Below, one piece after another: positions 59,356 to 64,000 of a stretch of DNA of 64,000 nt. Each line of letters starts with the position of its first letter. Position 1 is the first letter of the stretch. Origin of the DNA: a virus. A program made the position numbers and the translations under genes. Below the pieces are notes generated by a model that was given only the letters and a program-made list of their open reading frames with translations, had not been told where the DNA came from and made no database searches. The stretch lies in the IMG/VR virus record IMGVR_UViG_3300045988_171964. One strand, written 5' to 3'.

Positions 59356-62300
59356 ATGGCAACAGAAGCAAAAAATACAAATTATTGGATCTCGAGCACT
59401 GCGCTCTCTATCCAGCTAAATTCGATGGGAGAGCCTGACTACATCCAGTGTAGTGTAGTATCGGGCGCTTCGGTCCTCTGCTATATGAGCGATGTGCCAG
59501 GCTTGGGCTATGATGCCGGTCACAACTATCAGCGCTGGACGCTTGCTGCCTATCCTTCTATCTTCCCCGATAGCAAACGGAAGTATGTGTATATCGCCAT
59601 TCCACGACAGTCTACCACCGATAATAACCAGGCTACCGTCGTGTTCCCTGGTGAGAAGATAGATATATATGGTAAGACTATTCCATCTTCCGGAACTGAA
59701 GGTGTGCAGATAGGTAACGAGGCTTATTACTATATCTTTACAGGCGGTATCATATCTGCTGTAAAGACCGATGCCGACAATACCAGAAAGCGAGAATGGG
59801 AACAGCATTTTGATTGCGGTAAACTGGCTACCGACGAGGCGATAGCCAGCGGCGGTGAAGGCGAATGGTGGCGGTATAATTCCGTATCAGATACCATCAC
59901 CTTCCTCAAGGAGATTCTGAAGGCAAACTTTAATGAATTGTCGGCAAAGGTAGCTCGCGTAACCAGTCTTTTCCTGGGTGGGCATGAACTGAGGGGCGTT
60001 GCTGACAGTAACGGCACCCTGGAAATAAGCGATGATACCGTAGTTACCCCTCAGTATCTCGGTCAGTTTGGGGTGAAGCATTTCCTTGCCAAGGATAAGG
60101 ATGATACGGCCCATGGCACTATCACTTGGGAGAAGGTTCAGAAGTTCTTGCAGGGGTTGCATGTCGGTAACCGCAACAATGAGAACGGAGGTTCCTGGAC
60201 TCCCGATGCAGAAGGTCGTTCACACCTCATAACAGATTACTTGGAGGTAAGAATGAAGGCTATCTTCGAGGAGCTGGTCATCAATAAAACATCCACCATC
60301 GGTGGTAAGGAGATAATCTCTCCTGCTGGCGGTGTGGTGGCTCATAAGGTAGAAGAGGTTACTGTGACATATAATAATGTGTCACAGAAGGCTTATCGTT
60401 GCTACTTCCTCGCAGAGCAGGAAGGCGATTCTGTAGATAATGATTTCGCTGTTAACGATCAGGTGCGCTCGGAATCATTCAATGTACGCAAGGGCACTTA
60501 CCACAAAGTTGGCAATCACTTTTACTGGCGATTGGTAATCGGTCGTGATGAAGACCCTGTAGAGCTGGAAGGAAAGAAATATCATTATATCGACCTCTCT
60601 GATACCGATTGCGCTACGGCAAGCGATGTTCCTGCTAAAGGTGATGTGCTCAACCAGTGCGGTAATAGAACCGATGTAGAACGTCAGAACTGCCTTATCT
60701 TCTCGGCGGTAGATACCTATTCGCCATCCATCAGCCTCTATCACGGCATCAATAGCTATTCCTTTGCCAATAGGGAGTATGTGGAATATGGTGTGAATAA
60801 GCAGACTAACAGGGCTTTCTTCCATGTCTACGGAGATATGTACTTCGGAGACCGACCTACTAGTGCCAATAACTACGAGGGTGATTCCTATGTCAAGTTT
60901 GATAGCGAGACGAAGAAAGTAACCATCAAGGGAGACTTGGATATTAAGTCCACCTATGATGGCAAAACCTTGGATAAGTACATCACCGAGAAGAGCTTGG
61001 ATAAGAATGCCGTTGAGACCATTATCAATAAATCGCAGACGATTATCGACCTTCAAAACCAGATAGACGGAGCTATTGAGACTTGGTTCTATGACGGCGT
61101 TCCTACTTTGAAGAATGCTCCAGCCATCAGTTGGAAGACCGACAATGATAAGAAAACCCACTTGGGAGACCTCTACTATGACAACAAGACGGGCAAGGCA
61201 TACCGCTTTGCCAAGGATGGCTCTACCTATGAGTGGATTATCATCACAGATACGGAGCTGACCAAGGCACTCAAAGATTCAAGCCAAGCACTCAAAGATG
61301 CAGCCGCTGCGGATAAGAAGGCTAATGGAGCGCAAGCTACCGCCAACACCAAGAGACGCATCTTCGGCTCTCAGCCAGTTCCACCATACGATGTGAACGA
61401 TATGTGGGTGAACGCAACCTATCCGAACGATGGTAGCACTTACAAGAACGAAATCTTGAAGTGTTCCACCGCCAAGGCAGAAGGCGAAAAGTTCGATATT
61501 GCCGATTGGAAATTGGCTAGCAAGTATACCGATGACACGAAGGCAGAGGAAGCCAAGAAAGCTGCTGAGAAGGCGCAAGAAGAGATTAAGACGACACAGA
61601 GCAACTTGAACGCCCTCGGAACGACTGTTACCGAAAACAAAAAGACGTTCGACAGCTACGTCAAAGATGGCTACCTAGAGCCTTCTGAGATTGCTGCAAT
61701 GTCGCAGGATTCCAAGCGACTTGAAGATGCTTTCGCAGCTGCCGAGAAGTCGTACAATGAAGTGAAGGGAGCAGAGGTGTTAAAGAGTACAAAAGAACTC
61801 ACCGACCTTAATACTGCTTTCACTACTCTCTCTACTGCCAAGACGGAACTCGTTACGTATCTCTCAGATATATCTACAAATTACAATAAGGCTGATACTA
61901 CCGGCAAGGCTGCCATCGTATCTGCTGTCGGAACGAAGTTTACCAACTTCCAAAGCGCATATTCTGCCTTCTATGACAAGCTGGGTTTGGCAAACGCATA
62001 TATCACTAGCAAGATATATGGTGACTTGAAGCAGAATATCACAGACCTCGCAGGTTACAAGTATCTCAAGGATGCGCTCGGTCAGACTACATATGTTGAC
62101 GGTGGTCTTGTAATGACAACGCTCCTTGCGCTGAGAGACGGAGACGGAAACGTTCAGAGCGGTATCAACGGAGCAATAGACCCGAATAGAGGAAAGAAGA
62201 GTATCGCAACATGGTGGGGCGGTCAGATGGTGGATAAGGACTATAATAGCGGAAATCTTACCCCTGCAACCTCCCTCATCCGCTTCGATGGCTCGGGTTA

Positions 62301-64000
62301 TCTTGCCAATGGTGCTATCTGGTGGGATGTGAGCGGAAAGGTTCACGCAGACCCGACATCGTTTATCATCAGTGAGAAGAATCTTGGCGCATACCTCACC
62401 TTCTTCGAGCCGACTTGGAAGGAAGGAAGTGCAGGAACGAGCGTTGCTGACCTTGTGTCTTTGAAGCCAAACGCTCCATTCTCCAAACTTGGCGTATCGG
62501 GCGATGCTACATTCGAAGGCGCAATCTCCTTCCATGGCATTAAGCTCACGTATGATTCCAAAAACAAGGCTATCAAAATTGATGGCAATCTCTATACCAC
62601 AGGTGGTATCACGGCATACGGAGCAGGAGCATCTACCACGGGTGGTGGCGGCTTGAACGGCAGTGTGAAGAGTTATTCAAATGCCTTGAAGCTTACATCA
62701 GAATCGCTGTCTGAGATAGCTTCTGCCTACTCCATCAAGGCTCTTGATTCTCGTATCTCCAGCTTGGAAGGTGGTAGTGCTACTGCTATTTCTGTCAGCG
62801 GTAGCGGTAATGCGGTTACGTCTGTCACCAAGGATGGTACTACTATCAGCGTAGTTAAAGGTAGTACGTTCTTAACTAGTCATCAGTCACTTGATGGTTA
62901 CGTTAATGCAATATCTGTAAGTGGAAGTGGGAATGCTATCACGTCTGTATCTAAAAGCGGAAAGGGTATTACATTTACTAAAGGTGCTACATTTTTAACT
63001 TCTCACCAAAGTCTTGCTAACTATTATACCAAAAGTAGTGTAGATTCACTTCTTAGTGGTAAGTCGGCAACTAGTCATACACATAGTGTTAAGATTAACG
63101 GTGTTACTAAAACTATTGCAGCTACTGGTGGAACTGCTGTAGATTTAGGAACTTATCTTACTAGTCATCAATCTCTTAATGGGTATGCTACGCAATCTTG
63201 GGTTAAAAGTCAAGGTTATCTTACTACCCATCAAGATGTTAGTATTCTTAACATGGCTAATGATAGATATTATTATAAAGATAATTATGGTATAAATATG
63301 CGAAATTCTGATATTATTGGAGTTAATAGTATTTATACTAAAGATTTATCTGATGACCCTTCAGAAGCTATTCTATTTTGTAGAAGTAACGGTAACTATG
63401 ATGGTATTCGTGCAGCAAATGGAGTATTATATTTTAGCAATAATGTAGTTAGAACTACTAGAAAATATGATGCTGAATATGAAGTTTATCATAAAGGTAA
63501 TCTTACTAAACTTAGTCAACTTACTAATGACAAGAACTTTGTTACTGGTTCTGTAAGTGGTCAAACTATTACTATCAATGGTGTTTCTACTACTTGGCAA
63601 AATACTTGGAGAGGAATTACTGATAGTTATAGTGGAACTTCTACTGGTACTAGTCTTAGTCAAAAAGGTGCAAATAGTTTATATAATGCTTTGCATAATG
63701 GATATGCTAGCAGCGCAGGTAATGCAGATACTGTAGATGGTTATCATGCTAATGGTAGCAATGTTGCACCCTATGGGCATATACCTACTATAGAAAGCGA
63801 TGGAGTAATGGAAGTAGGTAAATATATTGACTTTCATAATGATAATAGCGGTAAACATGATTTTTCTACTAGATTACTAACTACTGGTAATTATGGAAAT
63901 TCAGTTAATCTTCCATCAGTAGGTGGTACATTAGCGTTAACTTCTGACAATGTAGCTTCTGCAACAAAACTTGCGGCAGCAAGAACGATATGGGGTCAAA
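59356..64000 (+). CDS. tail fibre / receptor-binding protein, 3' end beyond window
   Basis: The frame stays open from ATG 59356 to the window end; 62581-64000 was checked codon by codon. It has coiled-coil stretches, repeated FLTSHQSL blocks, an SHTHS His-x-His motif and NADTVDGYHA, all typical of fibre tips. Confidence 0.75.
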   Translation, partial: MATEAKNTNYWISSTALSIQLNSMGEPDYIQCSVVSGASVLCYMSDVPGLGYDAGHNYQRWTLAAYPSIFPDSKRKYVYIAIPRQSTTDNNQATVVFPGEKIDIYGKTIPSSGTEGVQIGNEAYYYIFTGGIISAVKTDADNTRKREWEQHFDCGKLATDEAIASGGEGEWWRYNSVSDTITFLKEILKANFNELSAKVARVTSLFLGGHELRGVADSNGTLEISDDTVVTPQYLGQFGVKHFLAKDKDDTAHGTITWEKVQKFLQGLHVGNRNNENGGSWTPDAEGRSHLITDYLEVRMKAIFEELVINKTSTIGGKEIISPAGGVVAHKVEEVTVTYNNVSQKAYRCYFLAEQEGDSVDNDFAVNDQVRSESFNVRKGTYHKVGNHFYWRLVIGRDEDPVELEGKKYHYIDLSDTDCATASDVPAKGDVLNQCGNRTDVERQNCLIFSAVDTYSPSISLYHGINSYSFANREYVEYGVNKQTNRAFFHVYGDMYFGDRPTSANNYEGDSYVKFDSETKKVTIKGDLDIKSTYDGKTLDKYITEKSLDKNAVETIINKSQTIIDLQNQIDGAIETWFYDGVPTLKNAPAISWKTDNDKKTHLGDLYYDNKTGKAYRFAKDGSTYEWIIITDTELTKALKDSSQALKDAAAADKKANGAQATANTKRRIFGSQPVPPYDVNDMWVNATYPNDGSTYKNEILKCSTAKAEGEKFDIADWKLASKYTDDTKAEEAKKAAEKAQEEIKTTQSNLNALGTTVTENKKTFDSYVKDGYLEPSEIAAMSQDSKRLEDAFAAAEKSYNEVKGAEVLKSTKELTDLNTAFTTLSTAKTELVTYLSDISTNYNKADTTGKAAIVSAVGTKFTNFQSAYSAFYDKLGLANAYITSKIYGDLKQNITDLAGYKYLKDALGQTTYVDGGLVMTTLLALRDGDGNVQSGINGAIDPNRGKKSIATWWGGQMVDKDYNSGNLTPATSLIRFDGSGYLANGAIWWDVSGKVHADPTSFIISEKNLGAYLTFFEPTWKEGSAGTSVADLVSLKPNAPFSKLGVSGDATFEGAISFHGIKLTYDSKNKAIKIDGNLYTTGGITAYGAGASTTGGGGLNGSVKSYSNALKLTSESLSEIASAYSIKALDSRISSLEGGSATAISVSGSGNAVTSVTKDGTTISVVKGSTFLTSHQSLDGYVNAISVSGSGNAITSVSKSGKGITFTKGATFLTSHQSLANYYTKSSVDSLLSGKSATSHTHSVKINGVTKTIAATGGTAVDLGTYLTSHQSLNGYATQSWVKSQGYLTTHQDVSILNMANDRYYYKDNYGINMRNSDIIGVNSIYTKDLSDDPSEAILFCRSNGNYDGIRAANGVLYFSNNVVRTTRKYDAEYEVYHKGNLTKLSQLTNDKNFVTGSVSGQTITINGVSTTWQNTWRGITDSYSGTSTGTSLSQKGANSLYNALHNGYASSAGNADTVDGYHANGSNVAPYGHIPTIESDGVMEVGKYIDFHNDNSGKHDFSTRLLTTGNYGNSVNLPSVGGTLALTSDNVASATKLAAARTIWGQ

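Noticed and set aside
52180-62535. Long minus-strand ORFs 52180..52884, 55068..55766, 60475..61161 and 61864..62535
   Set aside because: Each is antisense to a longer plus-strand structural ORF in a strictly co-directional operon.
1-64000. tRNA, rRNA, integrase, transposase, reverse transcriptase or prophage attachment boundaries
   Set aside because: No cloverleaf-like sequence was seen by eye in any non-coding gap (13.6-14.0, 28.5-29.4, 31.4-31.7, 35.0-35.3, 39.1-39.4 and 40.35-40.54 kb). No ORF has recombinase or RT motifs. A proper tRNAscan/Infernal run was not possible.

Overview
The window reads as one contiguous piece of a large tailed dsDNA phage or prophage of a Bacteroidota host. 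The host call rests on the absence of Shine-Dalgarno sequences, A-rich leaders and TAnnTTTG-type -7 boxes. The standard genetic code fits: a 2072-aa ORF and many ORFs over 300 aa are uninterrupted. Layout: (i) 1-13.6 kb is a plus-strand block of about 30 small, tightly packed early-type genes. It holds a 3-member paralog family, two radical-SAM proteins, two GNAT-like proteins, and ASCH-like, YopX-like and PD-(D/E)XK-like proteins. (ii) 14.0-20.2 kb is a minus-strand block with the large terminase, two tandem beta-class N6A/N4C methyltransferases and a frameshifted PAPS-reductase-like gene. (iii) 20.4-64 kb is a plus-strand block. In order it carries a holin-like gene, a 2072-aa tape measure, a 0.9-kb repeat-rich non-coding region, a primase-like gene, a guanylate-kinase-like gene and a ThyX-like gene. 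These are followed by an S49 protease/scaffold, a capsid candidate, a LysR-type regulator moron, a GH108 endolysin and an m5C-methyltransferase locus. The block ends with a portal candidate, large structural proteins, a ketoacyl-synthase + acyl-carrier-protein pair, and a tail fibre that runs off the window. No rRNA, tRNA, CRISPR array, integrase or transposase was recognised. Most unusual observations: (1) a circularly permuted m5C-MTase core sits in an array of 11 separately terminated TRD-like mini-ORFs joined by a stereotyped +1 overlapping stop-start junction (TATGAWTAR); (2) a KAS+ACP cassette lies inside the tail module and is bracketed by repeat elements; (3) there are two dispersed repeat families, an 11-copy co-oriented hairpin and a long heptamer-built palindrome, and both are coupled to a conserved promoter architecture; (4) G/C homopolymer tracts are concentrated in DNA-modification genes, and one of them breaks the PAPS-reductase frame; (5) a repeat-rich non-coding region carries a perfect 19-bp inverted repeat pair. 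All functional calls come from motifs recognised by eye, and no database search or computation beyond hand counting was possible.
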